The notes: generated by a model not told the origin, from the letters alone. A stretch of 64,000 nucleotides of DNA from Octopus vulgaris (GCA_951406725.2 OX597814.1:19468001-19532000); one strand, 5' to 3'. Positions 1 to 14,509 are shown, numbered from the stretch's first letter. Made by a program: numbers and translations.

Positions 1-283
1 GAGGTAACTAGAATGTGGAATCTGAAAACAGAAACAATTCCTATCATAGTAGGTGCATTAGGCATGATAAAAAAATATTCAGACAAATGCATAACAAAAA
101 CACCAGGACTTACAAACACATATAACATACAGAAAATTGCACTACTAGGCACTGCACACATCCTACGCAGAACACTTTCCATACAATAACCATCAGAGCA
201 TCACAACAAATCACAGCACATACCTAAGGCACACAAAGCTGCGCTCGGTAGTGAAGTGAAAGCACGCTATAAAAATTAAACTA

Positions 284-335
<52 letters not shown>
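1..335 (+). mobile_element. 3' end of a Dong/R4-clade non-LTR retrotransposon ending in (TAA)n
   Basis: Frame 1 (1-189) reads EVTRMWNLKTETIPIIVGALGMIKKYSDKCITKTPGLTNTYNIQKIALLGTAHILRRTLSIQ*. This matches the R4/Dong RLE C-terminus (IPIIVGALG...IQK.ALLGTAHILR). A short 3' UTR follows, then (AAT)n at 287-335, the known Dong target repeat. Confidence 0.85.
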
Positions 336-677
336 GCGACTCGGTATTGACATAGCATGACTCCGCCATCCCCTTTGAAGCTGACACTGCGTATTCATGA
401 TTTCAATGCCTTGCTCGGGGATGCTGATATATGGTTTTTGTCTCTAGATATGCGTGATTCCACTGCTAAATTTCCTATTGATGCAAACCGTTGTCGTACT
501 TCAGTCAAAGGTTAGACTCATGATCTTATATGTGTTAGTAAAAATATCGGAAATTAGCTGTTGCACTAACTGTGGTATTGTCTGCATACCGCAGTTCAGT
601 AATGGTCCAGCATAGCCGCAATGAAATGACTGAAACAAAATAAAAGTATAAAAGAATATACATCCATATACATACAT

Positions 678-729
<52 letters not shown>

Positions 730-731
<2 letters not shown>

Positions 732-917
732 CGGAGATGTACTCGCATAGCAAGTAATTTGATCTGAGATCGTGTGCTGAAACGAAAACAATTGCAGCGT
801 GGGAGGTGTTTATAAGCCATTTAAGAAACACACAAAAGCCGTTCGATTCACTCCAACATTTAAGTTTAATTTGTCAAAATATTTTCGTCGCTAAAATCCG
901 CGACCTGTTCATGACAA

Positions 918-920
<3 letters not shown>
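730..920 (-). mobile_element. PLE-like pseudo-LTR remnant with hammerhead-like fold, between (TA)n tracts
   Basis: Unique 190 bp flanked by (TA)n. Minus strand 870-918 reads TTTGTCA-TGAACA-G-GTCGC(GGATTTTA)GCGAC-GAAA-ATAT-TT-TGACAAA. Confidence 0.55.
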
Positions 921-964
<44 letters not shown>

Positions 965-987
965 TCATCATCATCATTATCATCATC

Positions 988-1028
<41 letters not shown>

Positions 1029-1166
1029 CACATACATACGTACGTACATACATACATACATACATACATACATACATACATACATACATACATACATACA
1101 TACATACATACATACATACATACATACATACATACATACATACGTATGTACGTACGTATGTACGTA

Positions 1167-1430
1167 CGTAGTCTGTAAATGCGATAATGAGACTTTTTAG
1201 TAAGAATTCCTATTTATAATTAAACTACTAATCAAATGTGTCTCCTTGAAAATATTTTCTTTGGGAAGTCACACAGCAGTGCAAGAACTCAGAAACCGGA
1301 ATCGCCTGAAGCTGGTCGGTTACAGCTATTTTTACGTTTTCCAACATGCCAAAATGATGTATTTAGAGATGAAATTTCAATCTCGAGAACAGAAAGATGT
1401 CACAGGCGGAAAAGCATCCCTGTTGTCCCT
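1167..1430 (-). mobile_element. Degenerate mariner transposase 3' end with TIR
   Basis: Minus strand gives PCDIFLFSRLKFHL*IHHFGMLENVKIAVTDQLQAIPVSEFLHC..CVTSQRKYFQGD, a mariner C-terminus. The end TA-CGTAGTCTGTAAATGCGATAATGAGAC is TIR-like. Confidence 0.7.
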
Positions 1431-2193
1431 GCGTACCTCCAAACGTTAGAAGACAAGTTTGGATTTCAGGTTCATAAATCTCCAATTAAGGGCTGTGTCG
1501 GTTGAGCAGGTTCTAAGCTGAGTTTTTCCGGTAGTTAGTGAGATTCTTCTGTACTTGTTGCCATCTGATTTGGGTACCTTCTTTAAAATGGTAGTAACTG
1601 TTATTAATCTAAGCACAGGACCTGCAATTTTCGAAGGATCATATAAGTAGTCTATTAAATCTATTCTAGTGCCAGACTGGTACCTTATTATATGAAACCG
1701 GAAGAATGAGAGGCAATATTGCATTTGGCAAAATTTGAGACTTATTTGTAGAGAGACGGAATATCGATTTTGCCAGGTGGCTATCCTTGAAGGTGGTATT
1801 AATAAATGCAATTCTAAAGTAACCCTGATATCTCTTCTCATGCGTGTATGTGTGTATATGTGTGTACACGCATGTTTTCATGCACATTTGTATGCGTACG
1901 CATATGATTTTCTTTGTTCGTTTGTGTATGTTTGTGTGCATTTGGATAGAAAAATAGATCGAAAATTTAACATTTGATACATATATGCATTAATTTTCGC
2001 TTTGTATACTTTACATTTCTTTATCTACGTAATTTGAGATGTTTTCTATATTTTTTTCATCAATAAATGATAGGGTAACAATAAATTGAATTCAATTTAA
2101 TTAAGTTGAACTGAACTGGTTAAAAATCATTTTCTCTCAGTTTCACTTGGAAATAATATATGTTATAAAAATAATGTCCATATTATGTATTAA

Positions 2194-2195
<2 letters not shown>

Positions 2196-2271
<76 letters not shown>

Positions 2272-2323
2272 GGGCTGACAGACAGACAGATACACAGTTA
2301 GATAGATGAATCGACAGACAAAC

Positions 2324-2385
<62 letters not shown>

Positions 2386-2398
2386 GTAGGTAGGTAGG

Positions 2399-2435
<37 letters not shown>

Positions 2436-2436
2436 T

Positions 2437-2489
<53 letters not shown>

Positions 2490-2510
2490 GTAGGTAGTTA
2501 GGTAGGTAGG

Positions 2511-2590
<80 letters not shown>
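2196..2590. repeat. (TAGA)n/(TAGG)n compound microsatellite
   Basis: Direct reading. Similar arrays occur near 6795-6880, 30096-30170, 31896-31968, 32508-32610 and 44640-44825. Confidence 0.97.
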
Positions 2591-2591
<1 letters not shown>

Positions 2592-3222
2592 TACATTAAA
2601 TTTACTATTCATGCGAAAAAATATCTGCTTCACTTCCGCATGCTTTACAATTATTTTTAAAGCGAGTATCAGATGAAATACACATTTTTTATTGTTGATT
2701 TTAACATGGAAGTATGTTTTACCTGACATCCAGATTGATAACATCGAATAAGTGACAACGTGTCAGTTGACAGACATGGTCGTCTTGACATTGCATTGGA
2801 TTCTATATTATATACTCCAAAACTCGAATTTCATAGTATGAATTAATAACATGTAAATTACATTAATATCATGTAAATTGATGAATAGTTATTTTTATGG
2901 TTGCAGTTGTTGTTGGGGCTAATGTTGTTGTTGTTATTGTTTGTAGTTGTTTTTGTTGGGGGTTGTTATTTTTTGTGGGTTTTCTGATCATTCTTTTTCC
3001 AGCACATTCAGGCTAAAAAAATGTATCAGATGTAACCCCCCGGTTTTTACTCCAGCACAATTCACCTACGCCGAATTAGCAAACCTGCTTTTTCTCCTAA
3101 AACTGCAATATGCGACTTGAAGTAGATTTGATTGTTATTTCTAATGTAAAACAACTAGCATAAATTATTAAATGCTAGAAGGTATTGTCAGACAAATAGA
3201 AGATATTGTCAAACGATTACGA

Positions 3223-3452
3223 GCGGCGAGCTGGCAGAATCGTTAGCACGCCGGGCGAAATGCTTATCGGTATTTCGTCTGCCGCTACGTTCTGAGTTCA
3301 AATTCCGCCGAGGTCGACTTTGCCTTTCATCCTTTCGGGGTCGATTAAATAAGTACCAGTTACGTACTGGGGTCGATATAATCGACTTAATCTGTTTGTC
3401 TGTCATTGTTTGTCCTCTCTGTGTTTAGCCCCTTGTGGGTAGTAAAGAAAGA
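3223..3452 (+). mobile_element. SINE family A (tRNA-like head plus Nin/Deu-like core)
   Basis: Head GGCGAGCTGGCAGAA...GAGTTCAAATTCC (A/B boxes), core GCCTTTCATCCTTTCGGGGTCGAT, TSD GATTACGA at 3215-3222 and 3453-3460. Confidence 0.85.
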
Positions 3453-3563
3453 GATTACGAAGCGCTTTTGATCAACGAGAAAACATGGTCCAGCAAATAG
3501 GAGACAGCGTCAAACAACAGAAGACTTTAGCGAACAGACGTAGGAGTGGATGTGTGGTAAGTG

Positions 3564-3741
3564 GGTGCAGGAGTGGCTGTGTGGTAAGTAGCTTGCTTAC
3601 CAACCACATGGTTCCGGGTTCAGTCCCACTGCGTGGCACCTTGGGCAAATGTCTTCTACTATAGCCTCGGGCCGACCAAAGCCTTGTGAGTGGATTTGGT
3701 AGACAGAAATCGAAAGAAGCCCGTTGTATATATGTATATAC

Positions 3742-3773
<32 letters not shown>

Positions 3774-3959
3774 TTGTGTGTCTGTGTTTGTCCCCCAACA
3801 TCACTTGATAACCGTAACTTAGCGGCTCGGCAAAAAGAGACCGATAGAATAAGTACTAGGCTTACAAAGAATAAGTCCTGGGGTTGATTTGCTCGACTAA
3901 AAGCGGTGCTCCAGCATGGCCACAGTCAAATGACTGGAAGAAGTTAAAGGATAAAAGAG
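3564..3959 (+). mobile_element. SINE family B (tRNA-like head, internal (TA)n(TG)n, AAAGAG tail)
   Basis: GCAGGAGTGGCTGTGTGGTAAG...GGGTTCAGTCCC...CCTTGGGCAAGTGTCTT...CAAATGACTG. About 20 copies in the window. The head is partly duplicated at 3536-3562. Confidence 0.85.
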
Positions 3960-4332
3960 AACAACCGGAAGGCATTGTTAAACGAAAAGGTGACATTGAC
4001 TCAAAGGTAGAAGATACTGTTGAATACCAGGAGACTTTGGTAATCCACTAGCAGACATTGTCAAACATGTAGGTGGCATTATTGAGCAACTAGGCTGCGT
4101 TATCAACACAGCACAGCAGAGTGTTCAGAACCGATAAACTGTAAAACAAGCGTTGACTATTTCCGATGTTAGCCTAAAACTTTGCTAATCTATTGAAAAG
4201 GAAAATCAAAGTCTTCGTTGACAAAGTAAAAATGAAAATATATACACCATTTGAGTGTATGTTGTACATTTGAAAGTATGCTATGCAGTATGGTATGTAC
4301 GTTGATATATATATATATAAATATATATATTC

Positions 4333-4550
4333 TCTTATTCTTTTATTTGCTTCAGTCATTTTGAGTGCGGCCATGCTGGAGGACCGCCTATAGTCGAGCA
4401 AATCGAACCCAGGACTTACTTTTTGCAAGCCTAGTACTTATTCTATCGTTCTCTTTTGCCTAACCTCTAAATTACGGGGATGTAAACACACCAACATCGG
4501 TTGCCAAGCGATGATGAGGAGACAAACACAGACACACAAACATATACACA

Positions 4551-4555
<5 letters not shown>
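4333..4555 (-). mobile_element. SINE family B, 3' half
   Basis: Reverse complement of the family B tail up to the internal microsatellite. Confidence 0.8.
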
Positions 4556-4586
<31 letters not shown>

Positions 4587-4589
<3 letters not shown>

Positions 4590-4815
4590 GGTTCACCACA
4601 TACCGAAATTAGAAGTAAATTTTAAAATACTTTAATCTCGAAACGCGTATATAGTTAATCCTGGTCGTGCATTCATTGTTTTCTCTTTCCCTTCGTAAAA
4701 AAATGTATGTTACCGTCATGGAGATTCTTATAGGAGTAGAAAGGAATTTTAACTCCTATTTATAAATTCGGTATGTGGTGAAACAATTAGCTGAACCCTT
4801 ATTATAATTATGTTT
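4587..4815 (+). mobile_element. PLE-like remnant with short inverted ends and the 3' half of a hammerhead
   Basis: AATTGGTTCACCACATACCGAA is inverted as TTCGGTATGTGGTGAAACAATT. Contains CTC-GAAA-CGCG-TA at 4637-4649 and abuts (TA)n. Confidence 0.5.
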
Positions 4816-4818
4816 ATA

Positions 4819-4995
4819 GGCGACGGAGTAGCAGTGTGGTAAGTAGCTTGCTTATCAACCACATGGTTCCGGGTTCAGTCCCACTGCGTGGCACTTTGGG
4901 CAAGTGTCTTCTACTATAGCCTCGGGCCGACCAAAGCCTTGTGAGTGAATTTGGTAGACGGAAACTGAAAGAAGTCCGTCGTATATATGTATATA

Positions 4996-5057
<62 letters not shown>

Positions 5058-5200
5058 CGTGTGTGTGTGTGTGTGTGTGTGTTTGTGTGTCTGTAACTTA
5101 TCGGTTCGGCTAAAGAATAAGTCCTGGGTCATTTTGCTCGACTAAAGGTGGTGCTCCAGCATGGCCACAGTCAAATGACAGAAACAAGTAAAAGAGTAAA
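4819..5200 (+). mobile_element. SINE family B
   Basis: Head-to-tail similarity to the 3564 copy. Confidence 0.85.
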
Positions 5201-5331
5201 ACTATAAAATTTTTGTATAATTTTACCTATGAAGGTTATTTTAACGTACCGATCTACTTGGTGAAATTATTAATTAGTCGATTGATTGATTAATTAATTT
5301 GATTGATAAATTTTACCCTTTTGTTATTAAT

Positions 5332-5381
<50 letters not shown>

Positions 5382-5520
5382 TATATATTTACATATGTTG
5401 AAACAACAGCATTACAAAGCAATCGTTCCTCTTTAGATTCAAGAAACCCTTTAGTGGTTCATTTACTAAAAAACTTATTTCGATTAATGTATATGCATAC
5501 ATATAAACGTGAGTGTGTGC

Positions 5521-5555
<35 letters not shown>

Positions 5556-5556
<1 letters not shown>

Positions 5557-5950
5557 TAGCAGTATCGCCCGGCGTTGCTCGGGTTTGTAAGGGAAATAAC
5601 TATATAAGCATTTTTAGAGAGTTATAGCCAAAAAATAGCAAAAAAATGCATTAAAAATGGAAAACAAATGATGGTAAATTTTTTTTTAAATCGTTGACTC
5701 ATCGTAGACATTTTTAGAGAATTACTTCCCTTATATAATAGCGAAAAATGCATTAAAATGGAAAAAATGATGGTAATTTTTTTTTTAATCGTAGACTCAT
5801 CGTAGACGCGCGCTAATACCCAGAAGGGCTCGATATGAATCACGACTATAAGATACCCGGTTTTGGTGAAACTGCACTGCAAAATGTGGGAGTAGTTAGG
5901 AATCTAAATCGTAGGAGACAGACACACAACTTCTCTTTTATATATAAAGA
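5556..5950 (-). mobile_element. Non-autonomous Helitron
   Basis: Minus strand starts A|TCTTTATATATAAA and ends with hairpin CCCGAGCAACGCCGGG then CTAG|T. No TSD. Confidence 0.85.
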
Positions 5951-5964
5951 TATATATATATATA

Positions 5965-6348
5965 TCTCTATATATAAACGGCAGTTTGTCTGTGCGTGTT
6001 TCTGTGTGTCTGTTTTCTCGTACCCTCACCCTGACCACGGCTTTCAACCGATTCTGATGAAACTTGACACACACATAGCCCAATGTCATAATTCAAAACT
6101 AACGCAGCGAAAATTTTGAAAAGTTAACCCCAGTTCTGAAAAAATCGATAAATTCGACATGGGGTCGAGAATCAAAAAAAACAAACCACAGACTGTCTAG
6201 GGGACGCAACTCAACCTTTTTTTACTCTCAAAAAAAAATTTACCATAATTTTTTTTCCATTTTTTTGCTATTTTTTGGCTATAACTCTCTAAAAATGCTT
6301 TATAGTTATTTCCTTACAAACCTGAGCAACGCCGGGCGATACTGCTAG
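5965..6348 (+). mobile_element. Non-autonomous Helitron
   Basis: Starts A|TCTCTATATATAAA and ends CCTGAGCAACGCCGGGCGATACTGCTAG|T. Shares about 95 bp of 3' end with the left copy. Confidence 0.85.
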
Positions 6349-6794
6349 TATATATATATATATATACATATATGTATACATATATTATAGATGTGTGTGT
6401 CTATATAGGTGTATATATATGTATATATAGATATATAATATATATATATTTTATATTATGCATGTATGCAGGTATGTATGTGTATATATGTATGCATGTA
6501 TTTATATGTGTATGGCGACTCCCTGTGCTTCAGGACACCTAGATTCACTACCTGGAAAACTGTTGCGCCTTGGCAATTCTTTTTATCTAAATATACATCC
6601 TGCATGTGTTTCCTTCTTCAATTCGCTGATGGTGGCCATGTGGAAAGTAAGATGTGTCTTGCGTTCAGTAACAAACTATGTCTGTGTGAATCCACAGCGT
6701 TAGTTTGGTGCTATATATCTCGACTTGCAAAAGTTGAATGTCAATTTGGCTTCTATGGGATGTGAACCACGAAAGCGGAACAAATACCTCAATC

Positions 6795-6876
<82 letters not shown>

Positions 6877-6977
6877 GGATGGATAGGGAGTGGGAGAGAA
6901 AGAGAAACATAGGGCGGCGAGAGAGTGATGGACAGACAGGCAAACAGATAGATATGTAGACAGATAGATAGGTAGAT

Positions 6978-7012
<35 letters not shown>

Positions 7013-7096
7013 GAGACAGAGAAAGAGATACATACATACATACATACATACGTACATACATACATACATACATACATACATACATACAAGCACATC

Positions 7097-7159
<63 letters not shown>

Positions 7160-7369
7160 AGTGAGAGAAATGATGATGGAGAAATGATGATGGAGAAATG
7201 AAGAGACGGATGGATGAACGGATTCGTGGATGGCTCCAAAGGGTGAGGGGAAACATGAAAAAAGAAGAACAAAAAAATTTTCAAAACTGGAAAAATGTAT
7301 AAATGTTATCATGGAAGCACACTGATCAGCATTCATTGTACGATACAAGAGGAGTGGCAGCTGCTTTTG

Positions 7370-8477
<1,108 letters not shown>

Positions 8478-9108
8478 ATTGAATCATTCTGATCAGCTTC
8501 GATTCTTTTGATACATGAATAATTGCTGCTTATGTGTATTCTTACGTAAAGGCATTGGCTTCTTGCTTGGAACGTCATTTGGCATCTTGTCAAAAGCGGA
8601 GGTAAAGAAAGAAGCGAGATTATTCCATGATTGGTGGAGGGAAACGTAAAAGTTACCTTGACTGGCCTGTGAGATTCTGTGAGATAGAAGGATAGACATA
8701 CAAGTAAAGAAACGGTGTGTGAGCGTGTATAGCGAGGAGGAGGAGAGAAGACCGAACCGAAAGAGAGAGAGAGAGAGAAAAAACAACAATAACGAAAGAA
8801 ACTAATTGCTAACCATCCTTGTCAAACATCTGCATTTGCTTTTTATGGTTGTCTTTGCTGTTGCTGTTGTTGTTGCTGTTGTTGTTGTTGTTGTTGTTGT
8901 GGTTGTGCTTGTTATTGTCATTTTTTTTTTTTTTTTTTTTTTTTTGCATTGAATGCAACGCCGGTTTTCGACGCAGACAAGCATAACAGCAATATTTGAA
9001 CCGGCATTGACAACTGAGAAAAAGGGGATATTTTTTGTTTACTTCGTATTATTTCACATTATATATATATATATATATTTCTTTATTGTTTTTGTATATA
9101 TACATATA

Positions 9109-9171
<63 letters not shown>

Positions 9172-9264
9172 GTGTGTGTGTCCTTTCTTACAGCATCAAA
9201 TGTAATTCCTCAGGACTTACTCTCCCCAAGCTGAATATGGAATTCAGAAATTGTATGTTGTTGT

Positions 9265-9318
<54 letters not shown>

Positions 9319-9336
9319 AGGTGATGATGATGATGG

Positions 9337-9367
<31 letters not shown>

Positions 9368-9673
9368 GATGATGACGACGACGACGACGACGATGACGAT
9401 GATAGTTTCGAGGAGGAAAACAATCCGTTGTTCTCGTTCTTGAAGTGGTTAGTTGTTGTTGTTGCTGCTATTGCTGCTGCTCTTGTTGTTCTTCTTCACA
9501 GGTCGGAGTGACTGACGTCAAGTAGACCTATGATTGATCAAATGCAATCCAGCCATGACTGTGTATCTTTTTTTTTTTAGGCATAATATATCAAAGACTA
9601 CATTCATCAATGAGTTCCTTCATTTTATTAAGACGACTAGGGAAGTTCATGAAGGTAATTGGCTGCTATTTCT

Positions 9674-10085
9674 TATTTCTTTATTGCCCACAAGGGGCTA
9701 AAAATAGAGGGGACAAACAAGGACAGACAAACGGATTAAGTCGATTACAGCGACCCCAGTGCGTAACTGGTACTTAATTTATCGACCCCGAAAGGATGAA
9801 AGGCAAAGTCGACCTCGGCGGGATTTGAACTCAGAACGTAACGGCAGACGAAATACCTATTTCTTTACTACCCACAAGGGGTTAAACACATAGGGGACAA
9901 ACAAGGACAGACAAACGGATTAAGTTAATTACATCGACCCCAGTGCGTAACTGGTACTTAATTTATCGACCCCGAAATGATGAAATGCAAAGGTCGACCC
10001 CGGCGGAATTTGAACTCACAACGTTGCGACAGACGAAATAGCACTAAGCATTTCGCCCGGCGTGCTAACGTTTCTGCCAGCTCGC
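9674..10085 (-). mobile_element. SINE family A with duplicated body and 40-bp flanking duplication
   Basis: One head and two bodies. Flanks 9634-9673 and 10086-10125 are near-identical. Confidence 0.85.
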
Positions 10086-10685
10086 CGACTAGGGTAGTTC
10101 ATGAAGGGAATTGGCTGCTATTTCTAACAAGTCGAACATCCACTTAGAGGCCTCTTTGTTGTTTTTGAATGTGTAGTTAAAAAGGTTATATTGTTTCTAT
10201 AGTGTTGGTATCGACGGTAGAAATGGTGGTATCGTTGAGGTAACAGTTGTCATTTGATCAGAAAAGTATCGATGTTATTTTTGTTCTTGCTTATGGTGAT
10301 GCGAAACCGAAAGTCAGCTCAAGAATAAATTATATTAAATTAATATAAAGGCCATCATAAGGCGGCGAGCTGGGAGCATTGATAACTTTTCGCCCGTCTT
10401 TACATTCTGAGTTCAAATTCCACCAAGGTCCACATTGCCTTTCATCATTTCGGAGTTCGATAAAATAAGTACAACTTGAGCACTAAGGTCGATGAAATCG
10501 ACTTAAGCCCCTCCATCGAAATTGCTGGACGACTGTCAAGATTTGAAGCCAATATAATAGTCATCTTCTGCAATAATTAAGTCAGAGTAAACAATGGAAT
10601 TATTGATGACCCAACGAGAGGAGCCCTTATGTCAGGAGTCGAGGAACATTTTTAACCAATTGCTCCAAAATATATTCATTTATAC

Positions 10686-10975
10686 GTGGAGGCACATGGC
10701 CTAGTGTTTAGACATTGATCGAGAGATCGCGGGTTCGAATCTCAGACTGGGCGATGTGTGCGTTTATGAGCGAAACACCTAAGCTCCATGCGGCTACGGC
10801 AAAAGGTAATGGCGAACTTCTGTTGACTCTTTCGCCACAACATTCTCTCACTCTTTCCTCCTGCATTTTCCAGCTCACCTACGACGGACCGGCATCCCGT
10901 CCAGGTGAGGAACCTACACGCCAAGGAAACCGGGAAACCGGTTTTTATGAGCCAAGCGTGGCTCGAGAAGGAATA
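10686..10975 (+). mobile_element. SINE family C (diverged)
   Basis: GTGGAGGCACATGGCCTAGTG...GGGTTCGAATCTC head and GGAAACCGGGAAACCGG tail. Confidence 0.75.
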
Positions 10976-11544
10976 AAGAAGATATTCATTTACGCCGATA
11001 TCACCCCACTTGGTTTGAAAGAAAGAAAATCATAGATTCTTTGAATTAAAATGGTTTGTTGAATCTATTTATATGAATCTACTCATCCATTATACATCCA
11101 TTACATTTGGCAGATGAAGTGTTACCGGAAGAAAAGATTTCTGTCATAACAAGGAACACGTTTTTTTTTTGTTATGTAATTTTACTTATGCCTAATAAGT
11201 CCTCATTACCCCCAAGAATTTCATTATTACCCCCAAGAATTTCCTTTTTACCCCACGCTGGGTAATTTACACCGGTTCGCCGACCCCTGCCTTGTGTGAT
11301 CACACGATTTCAGCAAAACAAGCAACGAAATTTTTCTCGGACCACATCTTACCTTCTTAAGAAAACGAAGGACATATTAGAAAAAAAAACTAATGTTTAA
11401 AAAGTAAAAGACGATAAGGTCACTGTTATAATCCATGGCCATAGATCTACCCGATCAGGAATGATTGCTGCTAAACAAGACCAATAACTAGCACCAAATC
11501 GGAATTAAGGCACAACTTTTATATGGTAATTCAATGCGCTAGAT

Positions 11545-12203
11545 CACTGGTTCTCAACCATATTTTTACCTATAGACACCTTCCACTCCTATTTTACTCA
11601 AGTGGGCCCGCATAGCCATTCAATGTTTAAAAGATCCTATCATATTTTTATGATTAAATATTATTGGGATTTGTCTTTTCAAAAATGTTAACATATTTTG
11701 TGTATTATCGAAGTATAACGAATTTAATCTTTTATTCTATTATTCTTTTTTTTCTTTTACTTGTATCAGTCATTTGACTGCGGTCATGCTGGAGCACCGC
11801 CATTTTTAGTCGAATAAATCACCCCCAGGACTTACTCATTCTATTGGTACTTATTCTATTGGACCCTTTTGCCGAACCACTAGATTACGGAGACGTAAAC
11901 ACACCAACATCGGTTGTCAAGCGATGGGAAGGGGTGGAGACAAACACACGCAAATATACACACATAAATATATATGTAAATACATATAGGACGAGCTTCT
12001 TTCAGTTTCCTTCTGCCAAATCAGCTCACAAGGTTTTGGTGGTCCGAGGCTATAGTAAAAGACACTTGCCCAAGGTGATACGCAGTGAGACTGAACACAG
12101 AACCATGCGGTTGGGAGGCAGGCTTCTTAGCACACAGCTACGCCTGAAACAAAATCTTATAAAGACACCGAGGAGTCACACAGACCGTTGTGGAAAACCA
12201 CTG
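11545..12203. mobile_element. hAT-like MITE interrupted by a family B SINE (about 11735-12145, minus)
   Basis: Ends CACTGGTTCTCAAC and GGAAAACCACTG, with 8-bp TSD CGCTAGAT/AGCTAGAT. Confidence 0.6.
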
Positions 12204-12528
12204 AGCTAGATATAACACATTCCATAAAAATAGAAGCGCACATTATACTTTGATAATTTAGTCCTACATACAAATGTATTAGAAAAAGACGAGGCGATCA
12301 TGTCCAGGACGCCCTTAGTCATAAATCTGCTTTTATTGGAGACCTGCTAAACAGAATTATTTAACTTCCATCAGGAAATTAGTTTTGCAAACCTTTGACT
12401 AGGAACGAGGTAAGCGTTAAGAGTTATTGAATGAAGTCGTTAATAGAATTCATCTCAACCTATACGTGGAGGCTATGAGACACACTGGCGCAGCTGTTTT
12501 GGTGCTGCCTTTATAGCGTCGCTGATTC

Positions 12529-12765
12529 GACGGCGAGCTGGCAGAAACGTTAGCACGCCGGGCGAAATGCGTAGCCGTATTTCGTCTGTCGTTACGTTGT
12601 GGGTTCAAATTCCGCCGAGGTCGACTTTGCCTTTCATCCTTTCGGGGTCGATAAATTAAGTACCAGTTACACACTGGGGTCGATGTAATCGACTTAATAC
12701 CTATGTCTGTCCTTGTTTGTCCCCTCTGTGTTTAGCCCCTTGTGGGTAATAAAGAAATAGGTATC
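12529..12765 (+). mobile_element. SINE family A
   Basis: Near-identical to the 3223 copy. Confidence 0.85.
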
Positions 12766-12782
12766 TTATTTTACATCTGACG

Positions 12783-12846
<64 letters not shown>

Positions 12847-12889
12847 TTCTCAGTTTATGTGTGTATGTGTGTACGCATCTAGTTATATC

Positions 12890-12946
<57 letters not shown>

Positions 12947-13711
12947 ATAATACTATACTTCTTCCACGACCTCGCGTTGTTGTGTTTTCTCTTTGTGTTT
13001 TCATATATTTATATATGCAGATATAACTAGATGCGTACACACATAAACATATATATGTGTGTGTGTGTGTGTGTTGCTGTTTGTTCCTTCTCGAGTCATG
13101 CTTGGCACCTAAGGGCCGGTTTCTCTAGCGTAGTTTCTCTGAACGGGACGCCGCTCCGTGGCAGAGTTGCTCATTTTAACCAGATAGGTGGACTGGAGTT
13201 ACATGAACAGAATTGTTTTGCTCAAGAACACAACGCATCTCCCTATCCAAGAATTGAAATCGCAACCTACTTACTCTCACCAAAACATGTAGAATGTCCA
13301 GTAAGCCGTGTCAAAATGTCAACATCCAAACAACCACACCCAACAGTCTCATTCCGATAAGTGGAACATTTATATCGATTCCTAAGAAATAAAGTCAACA
13401 AAATAATAATGCACCAAAAGTGATTGAAATTCATAGAGATTTTACTTCTTAAAGCTTTTAATTCGTTTCGTTGGCGTTTCTTTCAAAATGACAAGCTAAT
13501 CATTAAAAGTATTATTGTGAGATATAAACAAGGCACAGGCGTTGCTGTGTGGTTAGAAAATTGCCTCCAAATCACACGGTTCCGGATTCGGTCCCACTGC
13601 GGGACACCTTGGTTGAGTGAGTGTTTTCTGCTATAACATCTGGCCAGCCAAAGCCTTCTGATTAGGTTTGGTAGATTAAAACTGAAAGAAGTCCGTCGTG
13701 GATGTGTATAT

Positions 13712-14040
13712 ACAATTATAAATAAGGGCAAAAGAAAAAATTTCTATGCCAATATGCTGAAAAATTAAACTTTATCTTGTCTAGCCACATACAATATTTC
13801 ACTTTAAATACATGTTAGTTTGCTATCTTCGATTCAGTACGCTGTGTATTTATAGGGAAATATTGTATGTGGTTAGACATTGTAAAGTCTTTTTTTTTTT
13901 TTCAGCATATTGGCATAGAAATTTTTTCTTTTGCCCTTATTTATAATTGTTTATAATTTTCACCTTAAAAGGTACTTTAATATGCTGGCAACTGATAAGA
14001 TTTTTAAAAAAAATTTATCCATATAATAGAAGTAAATATA
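13712..14040. mobile_element. Fold-back PLE-like remnant (arms about 13712-13812 and 13843-13950)
   Basis: ACAATTATAAATAAGGGCAAAAGAAAAAATTTCTATGCCAATATGCTGAAAAA is exactly inverted at the right arm. One side carries an extension. Confidence 0.6.
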
Positions 14041-14089
14041 TATATCCTTATATTTGAAGTAAATTTATTATATATATATATATATATAC

Positions 14090-14430
14090 ATATCTCACAT
14101 TTATTTTCTTTATTTCCTCCACCACACTATCTATTTTATATCTTATCTAAATTAACCGTCCTCTCAAACCGCCTCCGATGAAGGGATATGATAAATATCC
14201 TGGAAACAGCTGTAAGACCTATCTATTCTAAAATCTTCACAGCATTTAGTTTTTTATCTCATTACGAAATAAAATTTTTATATACACACGCTGACATATG
14301 ACCAACGTTGAACCCCTTATTCGCATAATCACCGAACCTGGAACTTAACTGCGGTCCATCTATAGGATTTATTCAGCATTACCTGACACCTTTGGGTCCC
14401 AATGATACCGTTACCTCTCGTAACCTCCTA
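14090..14430 (+). mobile_element. PLE-like pseudo-LTR with hammerhead motif (14171-14218)
   Basis: GCCT-CCGATGA-A-GGGATAT(GATAA)ATATCCT-G-GAAA-CAGCTG-TA-AGAC, flanked by (TA)n. Confidence 0.7.
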
Positions 14431-14452
14431 TATATATATATATATATATATA

Positions 14453-14509
<57 letters not shown>

